Source: Antechinus flavipes (lineage: Eukaryota). From it: a DNA stretch of 64,000 nt. The notes beneath the pieces were generated by a model, which did not search any database, was not told the DNA's origin, and worked only from the letters and a program-made list of their open reading frames with translations. The stretch is taken from contig NC_067403.1 in the NCBI RefSeq assembly GCF_016432865.1, forward strand, positions 258,602,001 to 258,666,000, written 5' to 3'. Both the position numbers and the translations under genes were made by a program. Positions 22,829 to 34,700 of this stretch are shown here, piece after piece. Position 1 is the first letter of the stretch. Each line of letters begins with the position of its first letter.

Positions 22829-23250
22829 CAAATGCAGAGCTTGAGTGGCTTTCTCACCTTACATTGCCTGTTGAACACTGCCAGAGGCACTCAGATTCCT
22901 CTCAGGAAGTTGCTGGACAGAACCTGCTGAAGGCAGTTGGTGCCAGGATCTCCCTTTGATGGTAGTTTCAAGTACCAGGGATGGAGGAAATGCTGACCAT
23001 AGTTTCAAGTGTCAGGATGGAGGGAATGCTGACCGTGGTCCTGACTTCTATTTCCTCAAGCTGGATTGGCGAGCTGTTTGGATAAGGTATATGGGGTCTC
23101 CATGATTGTTGCTGCATCAGTCTTGTTAGCAATCTCCACCACTGAGATACACTTAAGACTCCAGGGAGTGAAGTATGCTTAATGATCACGGTTGTGGAAA
23201 GGGTCCTTTAATATTTTCTGGGATACTTTCCCAATACAACAGAAGGGATT
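22829..23250 (-). other. Candidate upstream 5'UTR exon ending at the donor TTG|GTAAGT (paralogs end at 7230, 40238, 56208)
   Basis: Consensus donor conserved in all four units; the block is more GC-rich than its flanks; the 5' boundary is uncertain. Confidence 0.45.
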
Positions 23251-24369
23251 TCAGAAAAAAACAGAAATCAAGAAAGGATGAGCAAAAAATTTGCTTTTTC
23301 TTAATTTTTTTCACCCCTTTCTTTCAGAAGGGTGTAAATTCCCGGAATTATCCCTAATCTTTCAGTAATTTATCTTGCAATCTTAAAATGACTAATTGCC
23401 AAGGTATGTTGCTCTCAAAACCTTGAGAATCCGCTAAGATATTATTTGGCAGTTCTACAATTTTAATTAGCTAACTTTATTTCTGTAAACTTGGCTAGAG
23501 CTGGAGTCCAAAGGAAAACGTCAAACTTTTTCTCCTTTTAAGGTGAGAGTCAAGGATGTTAAAAGCTTTTCCTAGCATTCTAACTACAGTATCCAAGTTT
23601 TTCCTTGCTGGCTGTATTTTAAATCTTTCCAGGTAACAGAATCTAGCTCACAGAACAAACTTGATGGAGACATTCTGTACAAAAATGTGGACACAAAAAA
23701 AAGACATGGAAGAAAACTGTCCCTTTCTTTGAGACAAAAAGGAATATATATAAACGCTAATATTTTTCTTACTGATCATCTAAGTCAGGGATGTCACAGT
23801 TGGGAACCACTTTGCTCACTGGGTAGTGAGTAATGGACCTGAAAATAAGGGGGTAAAATGTACAACCCCACTTCTCTATGCTTAAGGGTAACATTTTGGG
23901 TTTTTAGAGGTATTTGAGTCTCCAATGTAGCAAAGGGAACTAGTGTAATATCTGTCATCTCAGATTTTTAAAATGTACTTTTCTCTCTATTATTCCTGTC
24001 TCTGTGCTTTCTTTTTTCTTTCTTTCTTTTTTTTTTTTTTTGCCAGACCCAGTTTGCCTTGTCTTTGTAATTGAAACTAACCTGAACTTTTTCTAAATTA
24101 ACCTTTTGTCCTTGGAAGAGAGATTCGAGGTCCAAGACTGTCCTGATTAGATTGCCTCCTTAATGATAAATGATCTCTGCAGCTTGGAGTTATGTCCAGT
24201 CTCTCTAAATGTGTGATAGGCTCCCCAAAACCCTTTCCCCATATCCTGGAGTTAGCCTCGGTTTCCCTCTAGATGGGGACCTTCTATGTCCCCAATTTCC
24301 CAAGTCCTAAAATGTTCTCAGGACCCCAAATACATAGAAAGGTGTACCTCTTTCAGCTTCTCCTCAAAA

Positions 24370-24372
<3 letters not shown>

Positions 24373-24447
<75 letters not shown>
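24373..24447. repeat. Pure (TC)37 microsatellite
   Basis: Read directly; paralogous site of 8720-8861. Confidence 0.97.
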
Positions 24448-24450
<3 letters not shown>

Positions 24451-25086
24451 ATTGCCTCCAAGTGGCTTGCGGAACTCTGGGAACCATTTTTACCTGAACT
24501 TTCCTCTCTCCTTCCAAAGAAATAGGCCATGGAATATATGATTCCTTAAAAGAGGAAAATGGGACAGAATTGTATCCAACAAATAATTTGTTCCATTGAA
24601 TAAACTTTTGCAACCAAAGTAGTTTATTTTGAATGAGGGAAGATAATAGTCTTTTATATATTTTTACAACACAATATATTTTAAAATATTTGCCACTGAT
24701 AGACATACATCCATGCCTTAGAAATATCAGAAATATTTTAGCCTTTCAAATTAATTCTGAAAAAATCTAATTCTCAGTTGATAATTTAAGTATTTTAAAT
24801 AGATTTTCAATCATTTTGCTTAAATTCGTTTAGAACTAACCCTAATTAAGCTGTAGATTTGGGATCTTTAATGTAAATCCGGCTAATTTTTCAGTTCATC
24901 ATTTTAGCTTTGAATGACTATTTCTCCCCTTTCCACTTAAAATTGTAATCTTGTTTCATATGGATTTTCAGGGAATAATCACATAGATGAAGCAACATAA
25001 CTCTGAAATTGGCCAAGTGTTCTATATCTGAGATCCTCCCTGGATAGTCTCATGAGCTCTTGCTGACATTTAATGGAAAGTCATCC

Positions 25087-25489
25087 TGTAGAGGGCTGGA
25101 ATTCTGAAAGACCTACCTGAATCATAAGACAGCAGAGTACTTAAGGCTAAGTGCCTACTCAATGTGAGATAATGAGTCTATAAACATATACTTAGATGAT
25201 AATGGTGATATGATGGATGTCCTCACAATTGAGCCTGTTGAATGTGTTGTGGTGAGGTAATCCTAGAAGGATTGGAGGGCTGAGGGAGAGATTCAGAGTC
25301 TCTCTGCCACAGCTCTCTCAAGCAGGAAAGACTTCAGGCTCCAGACTCCAGAGTCCAGGATCCATCTTTCACTAGCCACATGGCAGCTTGCCTGCCTCCT
25401 TCACTTCTCCTCCTAAAGACCAAAGACTTTTACTGATCCTGACTCTGACCTCTCCTGAGGCCTTCCAGAAAGCTATCCTGGACATTACA
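25087..25489 (+). mobile_element. Solo ERV LTR, unit B
   Basis: Same termini; flanks tcatcc / tcattc; lacks the 5' 19-bp duplication seen in A, C and D. Confidence 0.8.
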
Positions 25490-26070
25490 TCATTCAGCTT
25501 AAATTAGGGCTTCTATTAAAGCCCCAAATACAGAATGGAAATTCCCGATTTTATTATGGCTGAGTTCTCCCTTGGACACTGCCATTTCTGATGCTTAAAT
25601 ATTGACTTTCCAAAATTATTATTACTAATTCATCTCTAAGAAATCACAGTGTTGGTGGGATTTTAGTAGCCATATTAGTAATGATAATGAAAAATGAAAA
25701 CTTAATGCATCCTAAGTTTCCAGGATAAGTCCTTGCCATGTGGCCAGAAAAGTAGTTCTCTTTTATGTAAGATGTGTTTTAGTTCTAGAATATAAACTTT
25801 ATCCACATGATGAACTGCACCCTTTTCCAGCTGGAAGCAGACAGTTCCAGTGGAAGACAGGGATTTCTAGCCCTTGTCCCCAGAATTTCTGCTTCCCAAG
25901 AAATAGAAAAGGGGGAAATGGTGGGTCACAGCCCAGGGACTACTGTCTAACCAAAAATTGTAAAGCAATTAAAATCTTTTTGCTCCTGATTTGTCTGCAA
26001 GAAAAGCCCCATCCTAACTTATCTTCCTTAACTCTCTTTTACCACTTTGTAGGCTATTAAGAATTGCTTG

Positions 26071-27173
26071 TAAACTGGGAAAACATTTTTATAATCAAAG
26101 GTTCTGATAAAGGTCTCATTTCCAAAATATATAGAGAATTGACTCTAATCTATAAGAAATCAAACTATTCTCCAATTGATAAATGGTCAAAGGATATGAA
26201 CAGACAATTCTCAGATGAAGAAATTGAAACTATTTATAGACATAAGATAATATGCTCCAAATCATTATTAATCAGAGAAATGCAAATTAAGACAACTCTA
26301 AGATACTACTACACATCTGTCAAATTGGCTAGAATGACAGGGAAAGATAATGGGGAATGTTGGAGGGGATGTGGGAAAACAGGGACACTGATACATTGTT
26401 GGTGGAATTGGGAACACATCCAGCCATTCTGGAGAGCAATTTGGAACTATGCTCAAAAAGTTATCAAACTGTGCATACCCTTTGATCCAGCAGTGTTTCT
26501 ACTGGGCTTATACCCCAAAGAGATACTAAAGAAGGGAAAGGGACCTGTATGTGCCAAAATGTTTGTGGCAGCCCTGTTTGTAGTGGCCAGAAACTGGAAA
26601 ATGAATGGATGCCCATCAATTGGAGAATGGCTGGGTAAATTGTGGTATATGAATGTTATGGAATATTATTGTTCTGTAAGGAATGACCAGCAGGATGAAT
26701 ACAGAGAGGACTGGCGAGACTTACATGAACTGATGCTGAGGGAAATGAGCAGAACCAGGAGATCATTATACACCTCAACAATGATACGGTTTGAGGATGT
26801 ATTCTGATGGAAGTGGATCTCTTCGATAAGGAGAGCTTTAATTGATCAAAGATGGACAGAAGCAGCTACACCCAGAGAAAGAACACTGGGAAATGAATAT
26901 AAACTGCTTGCATTTTGGTTTTTCTTCCCGGGTTATTTCTACCTTCTGAATTCAATTCTCCCTGTGCAACAAGAAAACTGTCTGGTTCTGCACACATACA
27001 TTGTATCTAGGATATCCTGTAACCCATTCAACATGTCAAGGACTGCTTGCCATCTGGGGGAAGGGGTGGAGGGAGGGATGGGAAAAATCGGAACAGAAGT
27101 AAATGCAAGGGATAATCCTGTAAAAAAATTACCCTGGCATGCGTTCTATCAATAAAAAAGTTATTTTAAAAAA
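26071..27173 (+). mobile_element. Young 5'-truncated LINE-1 (ORF2 C-terminus + 3'UTR + polyA), unit-B specific
   Basis: ORF 26064-26807 encodes the L1 ORF2 C-terminus (REMQIKTTLRY, CWRGCGKTGTLIHCWW, LCIPFDPA). G-rich 3'UTR, AATAAA and A tail. 12-bp TSD AAGAATTGCTTG at 26059-26070 and 27174-27185; TT/AAGA endonuclease site; empty sites at about 10496, 43695 and 59665. Confidence 0.97.
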
Positions 27174-30100
27174 AAGAATTGCTTGGTAAGTGCTAAATTT
27201 TAGAATTGCTAGTGTGCTAGATCTTCAGGTCTAGCAAACCTGCTGGCCTCCTTCCCCTAAAGAAAAGAAGGTTCCCTAATTTAAGGCCCACTTTTTCAGA
27301 GTAGCAGGGCCCCCAGGAAAGCTCAGTTTCTTTCCTGAGGTGCAAGGTGACCCAATAGTGAACCGGGTACTATTGGTTGGATTTATTTGGGGACTGCTCA
27401 GATAGATCATTCCATTTTGCATCGACTCTACTTTTCTGGGATGCTGGGATTGTGAGAGTCAGATATTGAGGATTGGGACTGGAACCTTCCTCTCAAAAGT
27501 GCCTACACACTACACACTACAAAAGGTAGTGTGTGAATGGGATTGGGTGCAAAACCCCATTTCCCAATTAACTGATCAGAGACATCATCAGGTACAAAGA
27601 GAAAGCATTTGTTTAATCCCCGCAGGGAGAGAACCACACATATCTGGGAGCTATCCCAACTCCCCCATGTACTCCTGGAATCTGGCCAGCTTCTGGCTTG
27701 TCCAGGACTTAAAAGCAAAAGACCCAAGCATTTTCATTGGGTAAACTAAAGGATGTAACCATCCTTGACCAACGGTCACCAATTCAGAACAGTGGTCTAT
27801 GTCTTTATCTCTCAATTCTTCTAAGGTTTGTGCCTGTGCTTCAGTATCTTTGACATGCTCCCCCCCATTTCTGGCATGAGGGATGGGGTAGTCACTGGTC
27901 CACAGACCTGTAGTAGGATACCTGGGTCCAAATTTTTCCAACCCTTTCCCCCCAGAGTCCTAAAGTATGCCAATGTCTTGTTTTAATTAAAGCTTTTTAT
28001 TTTTCAAAGCACATGCATAGATAATTTTTCAACATTGACTCTTGCAAAACCTTGTATTTCAAATTTCCCTCTCCTTTCCTTCACCCCCTCCCCTAGATGG
28101 CAAGTAAGCCAATATATATTAAACATATTAAAATATGTTAAATCCAATATATATATATATATACACGTATATGTATATATACACACATATATTTATACAG
28201 TTATTGTGCTGCACACACACAAACAAATTCAAAAAAGCAAAAATGAGAGAAAACAAAATGCAAGTGAACAACACCAAAAAGAGGGAAAATGCTATGTTGT
28301 GATCTACACTCATTTCCCACAGTCCTCCCTCTGAGTGCAGATGGCTCTCTTCATCACCGGATCACTGGAACTGATGTCTGCCAATTTCTTAAACCCTGTG
28401 GATGGACTGGAAAGGACAGTTTTCTGTCACCTTAAACTTTGAGGCTGTGTTTATGTTTAAATTGGAATCATTATTCTGAAATTGAATAAGATCATTACTA
28501 TTAACTATTGCATGCTAAACTTGTGAACTTGTTTATTGTGGTATAAGACTTTAGAAATATATGTGCATTGAAGTATTGTTACTAGAAATTTTAATCCATA
28601 TTTGATTTGATTTTCAGTTCAAATTTTTTTTGGTTCTCTGGTAACTTACCTAAAGAAGTCACATGTTTATATCTCCTAATTAGATGAAACACATGGGAAA
28701 AAGGAGGACCCATATTCCAGGTATAATTTTGTGACAGTTCATTCAAAAGTTTGGAGAGGCTGCTTCTAGATGTACTTGAGGGAGTGAAGAGCTTTATCTG
28801 CCCCCTTTAGAATATGGACAGGGATTCCTTGAGAGGGTCTTCTTGACTTCTGGTAGGATGATGAAATTCCCTTTTTTTGCTGGTGTCTACATTGGTACAA
28901 GGCAGAGCACACTGTGCATGCTATGAGTACTCGGCTCATTTTCAAGCTACACAAAGTTGTTTGCAAACCTTTTTGTTACTTACAATTATTTTACTGAGGT
29001 AAAATGTTTACCAACTTTTTACCAAACTGCTTTTCAGAAACCCCTTTTATGCTGCAACAACATCATGCTGAGCAATTTCCTGATCTCTTTCTGGTCGATC
29101 AGCATCCTTCTGCTAGCCTTTCCACCTTGGTCAAACATTCCCCTTTGTGTTCCAATGTTCAAATAAATTCGTTGCTCCTGTGCTCCCCTTCCAACAGGAA
29201 CCTTTATATACATTTTCCATTATGACTGAGGGGAAATTATACAAGGAATATTGAAATGGTTAAACATAAAGAAAACTATCAACATAGTTGATCACATGGA
29301 TAATAAAAGTTAAGAAGAACTATGAGTTTACACCACTTAGTGTCTGAACCAAGTATAATATGGAACTTGAAACCACTGAGGACAAAATAAGATCATTGTC
29401 ACTTATGGAATCAAATGGGGCTGAATGATTTTCCCAATTGAGATATTACCTAGGAAATGGTTCTTGAGTATATATGTGTGTGTTTCCTGTGTTGTATGCA
29501 CATTGTATATGTTTGTGTGGTGTATGTGATATATATATGTGTGAAATGATGTGTCTCCTTCCCTTGTATTGGTCTCATTAGTTTGTGCCCTGTCATATAT
29601 CACCCCTACAATACCTGCATTCATCAGGAACAGGGTCATGATTGACCTGGAATGGGAGATTGGAATAGAATCAAAGAAACCCAGAGAGACCTGGACAGAG
29701 AGGACATAAGCAAGGATGCTGAGCTCCAGTCTTGCCCTTTATCTAGAGAAAAAGATTTGGCTCAGCTGGGAGAGGAAGGGGTGGGGGGAAAGGAAAGGAG
29801 CCCTGGCAGGGAAGGGAGGGGGACATGACTAAGCTGAACTCTATTTTCAGGACAGAGGATATGCTTGGGGTAGGGACCCAGAGGCCTGAAGAACCTTGTG
29901 GATCAAGTCTGAGAGGAGACAAGATTGGCAGGGTCATAGTTCCTAGAACCTTGAAGAGTCTGACCTGAATCCATGCCTTCATTTACAAAATGACAGGGTG
30001 GCCTGGGCCCTTCAAGGATGGATTTCTTCTTCCTGTACTGTGTAGGACAAGGGCCATTTCTTGTAGAAGTTTCCTCTGGGCTGGTGCCATGTGAGACCCT

Positions 30101-30683
30101 GGACCTCACTTCCTAGATAAAGAAGCCTCCAGCAAGCTAGAGGGCTTCAAAGAGCACAGAGCACAGGGCCTGGGTCAAGAAGATCTGAATTCCAGTACAG
30201 TCTCACATACACAGAATCTCTTCCTACCTCAGTTTCCTCAAGTGTAAAATGGATATCCTGAGAGCACTTATTTCTCAGGTATATTGTGAGGATTAAATGA
30301 ACTATTTGTAAAGCACACAGGAGGGTTCCTGGTATAATTTTGTCCTGCAGTCATGTGAGTCTTTGTCAATGCATTTGGAGTTTTCTTGGCAGAGAATGGA
30401 GTGTTTTGCCCTTCTGTCTCTAGCTCATTTTACAGATGGGTAAATTGAGTCAAACAGTTAAGTGATTTGCCCAGGGTCACAGAATTAGCAAGTGTCTCAG
30501 GCAGATCCTAGTTCTTCCCATTCCAGACCCTGGAGCTCTTATCTTCTGCCATCCCACACCTAATAAATATTTGCTCATCCCTTAGAATGGAAACTCTGGA
30601 CACAAACTTAAAGAATGACAGAGAGAATTGTGCTTTTCATGGCAGGGAGGTGGGAAGGGGCTGCAGTGGCCTGGAGCAGGGGC

Positions 30684-31667
30684 TTATTTCTTGGGCCTCT
30701 TGTTCTTAGCCTCATGATGAGGTCTCCTGGGTGCTGGTGTGGGGGATGTCCCTCTTCCCGCATCCCACCTCCTGCTCCTCCCCCAGGGCTCTCTGCAGGA
30801 CCAGCCTGAGAGACTCCCTCCCTTTATGCCCTGTTTGCCCACGAAGAAATAAATGAAGGGATTCATGCAGCTGTTTACACAAGCCAGGGGCTGAAGGAGG
30901 CTATCAGGCATGAGGTCTATTCTGAAGCGAATATTTATGAAGCCTTCGATCCCCCAGGGCAGGCCGCAGAGCAGGAACACAAGGACTGTGAGCAGGACCA
31001 GGAGGTAGAGCCTGGGGGGCCGCCGGCGCCGGGAGCTGCACTGGACCCTCAGCAGCAGAGTCAGGCTGCACACGCACAGGACGCAGGTGAGGAGGAGGAG
31101 CCACACGAAATAGATAATGAGGAAGCAGAAACGGCGAGAAGCCCAATACTTCCCAGTGACAAACTCTGTGACTTCGATCACTCCGGCCAGAGTCCAGAGC
31201 CCGGCGCAGACGGCGGCCGACGTGTGCTTGGAGCGGCGACATCGGTACCAGATGGGGAAGAGCGCGGAGAGACAGCGCTCGGTGCTGATCGCCGCCAGGA
31301 GGCTCATTCCCGCAGTGTAGGACATGTATTGGAGGTGGACCACGACCGTGTATATTATAGGAAAAAAACAGGTAAGAAGGTTCATTAAGGACAACAGAAA
31401 GGAGCAGCAGAGGAAGAGGGCGTCGGCCCCCGCCAGGTTGAGGATGTAGACGGAGAAGGGGTTCCTCCGGATGCGGAAGCCCAGGAGCCACAGGACCGTG
31501 CCGTTCCCCAGCAGCCCAAGGGAGGCAACAAGCAGCGAGAACACGTTCATCCAAACATAAAAAGGCAATCCTCCAGGTGTCCCAGAAGCCTCACTCTCAT
31601 TTATCCTTCCCTCCGTAGCACTGTCATTACCATATTCCTGTTGCTGGGGTGTAGGGGACACAGCCAT
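30684..31667 (-). CDS. G2: MRGPR paralog, 7TM intact, 1-bp frameshift after NPFIYFFVGKQG gives a new 47-aa tail
   Basis: Same motifs as G1. The plus strand reads atgccctgtttgccc at about 30826-30840, versus atgcccctgtttgccc in G3 and atgcccttgttt in G1/G4. The homologous TGA is still present out of frame at 30712-30714. Confidence 0.88.
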   Translation of the reverse strand: MAVSPTPQQQEYGNDSATEGRINESEASGTPGGLPFYVWMNVFSLLVASLGLLGNGTVLWLLGFRIRRNPFSVYILNLAGADALFLCCSFLLSLMNLLTCFFPIIYTVVVHLQYMSYTAGMSLLAAISTERCLSALFPIWYRCRRSKHTSAAVCAGLWTLAGVIEVTEFVTGKYWASRRFCFLIIYFVWLLLLTCVLCVCSLTLLLRVQCSSRRRRPPRLYLLVLLTVLVFLLCGLPWGIEGFINIRFRIDLMPDSLLQPLACVNSCMNPFIYFFVGKQGIKGGSLSGWSCREPWGRSRRWDAGRGTSPTPAPRRPHHEAKNKRPKK

Positions 31668-31712
31668 GATGGGGGTCCCAGGCCTCAGAAAGCCCTGCTC
31701 CTCTCAGACGCC

Positions 31713-31738
31713 CTGGGGATGCAGAGACAGAGAAGGGC
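31713..31738 (-). promoter_or_regulatory. Splice acceptor of the G2 coding exon
   Basis: Polypyrimidine tract plus CAG, 45 nt upstream of the ATG at 31667. Confidence 0.8.
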
Positions 31739-34700
31739 TTACTCCCATCTCCATCTTCAAGCGTTAGAGCCTCTCCTCCCCACAAGTGTAGGTCAAGGGT
31801 AAGCAATGAAAAATATTCTAGTCTCACTTACTAGTGAGAGAAAGGGTTATTTCACTCATATTGGTAACCAATTATTCAACTAGGTTGAAGACTTTTTCAT
31901 TCCTATTTTCTCATTCAGAAACCAGCCCCTTGTAGGTTATTAAATCAGTTTCCAAAGGACGTTGCTGATAGATGAGATATATGGGATTGTATTGATCAGT
32001 CTCCCACCATTAGCATAGAACATTGCTAAACTCGGCATCATTCTCATTTTTTCTTCCTGTGGTTACACTTGGGCAAAAAGTCTAGAGATATGGAAATTTA
32101 GCCAGCTCTTCTACATACTAGAGATTGAACCAAAACAGCGCTTTCAATGGGTGAATCCACTTGGCAAATTTGACTAAAGCAATTTTGTTGCCCAATTACA
32201 TCTTTTGATAAGAGTAAAATAATTGTTTCATAAAATATACTCTAATTAACTGATTGATAGAGAGTACATTATCTCTTAACTCTGGCTTTGCTCTGGGATT
32301 TCTTTGGGTAACTGAAAGAAACAAGCAAGCAGTAATGAGAAGGTGGGAGAGTCACCATGAATTTATAGTCTAAATATAAGCAACAAAATAATGGAAACTT
32401 ATGTGCACTGAGATTTAGTTATTATCAGTAATCATTATAAATCAAAATTGATTGTGTTGAAAATATTGTAATGGGAGGAAACTAGGGAACTAAATAAGAC
32501 CTTATATGTACAAAAGGAATAAAATATATTTGCGCCTATTTCCCAGGAGTAAGATCTGAGGGGACCACAGACCCTTTAATAAACTGCCATTGGCTCAGAG
32601 CTTTCCCTCAGTCTATCTTATTGCAGGCTGGACATTTAAAATCTCCACATCGCCACAACTAACCATCACATGAGCTAAATTCGCTATGTTCCACATCTTT
32701 ACTCAACCAGTTCTAGAAAGGAGACAAGGAAATGAAACAATTTCTTCACTGATTTTCTTTGTCAAACTGCAATAAACATTTGCTCAGTACTTACCTCTTG
32801 GAGATTCTGGCCCCAGACTAATTTTTACCACTAAGCTTGGTGTTGGAATACAAGGACAATGAAATCGTCTCTACCCTGAAGTAGCTGGTATCGTACTGAG
32901 AGGAATCAGAGGGGAGCAGGATGCAGCCCCAGGTGTTCACCTTGTGCCAAACCAGATAATTGATCAGCACAGAACATGCCCAACAATAAATGTCTGGGAC
33001 TATGGCTTCAGTTTCTCTTTATTGACAAATGATGAGATTTAGGGTCAATTGTCTGGGAAAGGATACAACAGTTAACTCAGACTAAGAATAGGAAAAATTT
33101 AAGGAGATGTGGGACTCACTCATACCCTGAGTCATAACCTGCATCTGGAGGATTGGGAACATGATCTTTCACGCATTTGTTCAGAGATTTCTTAAGCGCT
33201 CCAAACTCATTCTCCCTCCTAGCTGGGGGCCATATTTCAAAGAGTTTGAAGGTTGGGTGTTGCTCTTGCCCTCCAAGGGAAAAAGAAAGCATAAGACCTC
33301 AGAAGCAGAAATTTCTGCTGCTCCCTACTTCCCAGGCTAATGTTTTCCAGCTGTGCACACAAATTTATAAAGGATTAAACTCACCAAAATCTTCAGTTGA
33401 TTCGAGGATGATGGATAATGATGAAGAAAGGGTCCAATCTCTGAACTTCCCTTTTTCCTCCCCAGATTCCTGTGCCTGGTTCTGCTGTTGATGCATGTAT
33501 CTGTCCTTCTCGCTGGGAAATGAGAGTGGAGATAGGAGCAGGATTCAGAATAGTTCCTCTCTTTCCATTATATTCTGTCCCTTCCCCTTCTCCCAGTTAC
33601 ACTTATCTAGTCAAAAAGATTTTCTATTTGCTTTCATACTGGAGAGGTGGAGATTTTCCAAACTCTGATGCCAAGTAACAAATTCCCTAAAGCTTTCAAG
33701 TGCAGATAAAGCTTCCTGAATGGTGTTGCTTTGGAAAAGACTTTGATTCTCTGTAAACACTGACCTTTACAGTAGGACTTAAGAGGAATAATGTTAGATT
33801 GATCTGGCCCATTATCCCAAATTAACTGGTCTTTCCCATTATCCTTGCATGTTTTTCAGTCATGGTAGTTACAACTTGAGGGAAAGAAAAAAAAACATTC
33901 CTTATTGTTCACATGGTCCATTAGGTCCTTTTCGAGCTCTTACAGAACTTTTCTGAAAAGAAATTGTGTATTCTCTTGTTGCCAGAATTTTATACAGATT
34001 GAAGAGGCTCAGGTTTTTTCAAACTACAAGTAGGTATTGGAATGAGGCTTTGACTGGCTGGAACCATGGATTTCAAGGTTCAAATAAGGAAAAATGTATA
34101 TACAGTTATGAAGACACATATAGACATATAAATATATATGTGTGTTTGTGTGTATACATTTCCTCATTCACAAAATATATACATACTATATACATATATT
34201 TACAAGAACATATAGTAATATACACAAATAAGCATACAGTATAAAGTACCTTTTTATAACCACTTATTTTTATAATTTCTTATTTTTCTAAAAAACAGCT
34301 TTATTGTTAATGTCCATGCCTAAGTGTGAAGGGACAGGTGGATTCTCCGAGGGTCCCCACATCTGTGAATATAACCCACTTGAAGGAATTGCAAAGCAGC
34401 CTTTACTGATGCAGATGTGGCTTGTGAATTGGAGAATGAAATAAATTGGAGGCAAAAGGGAAGAGGGGACAGATCACAGAATACAACTGCCTCTCAGTCT
34501 CCTTGTATCCTTATCTTCCTCTCACATGAAAGGATCATTCTGCTGGTCAAATTAGATCCCCAGCAGCCACAAGCAGGTGGCTCCCATAATACTTTATATC
34601 TTCAAAATATATGCAGAGGTAATTTTCAACGATCTTTCTTGCAAAACCTTGTCTTCCAAATTTTTTTCCCTCTGTTTCCCCTCTCTTCTCCCTTTGATAG

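Larger units (their letters stand above)
13957..30711. repeat. Tandem segmental duplication unit B (16,755 bp including a 1.1 kb L1)
   Basis: Same order of landmarks as units C and D; the period minus the L1 and its TSD is about 15.64 kb. Confidence 0.95.

Noticed and set aside
26064-26807. 247-aa ORF as a host gene or active retrotransposon
   Set aside because: 5'-truncated L1 ORF2 end with no promoter, ORF1, endonuclease or RT domain.
28650-28950. Protein-like minus-strand frame (…SKLLNELSQNYTWNMGPP…) ending at a donor
   Set aside because: Contains a stop, is frameshifted differently in other units, and matches no family I recognise.
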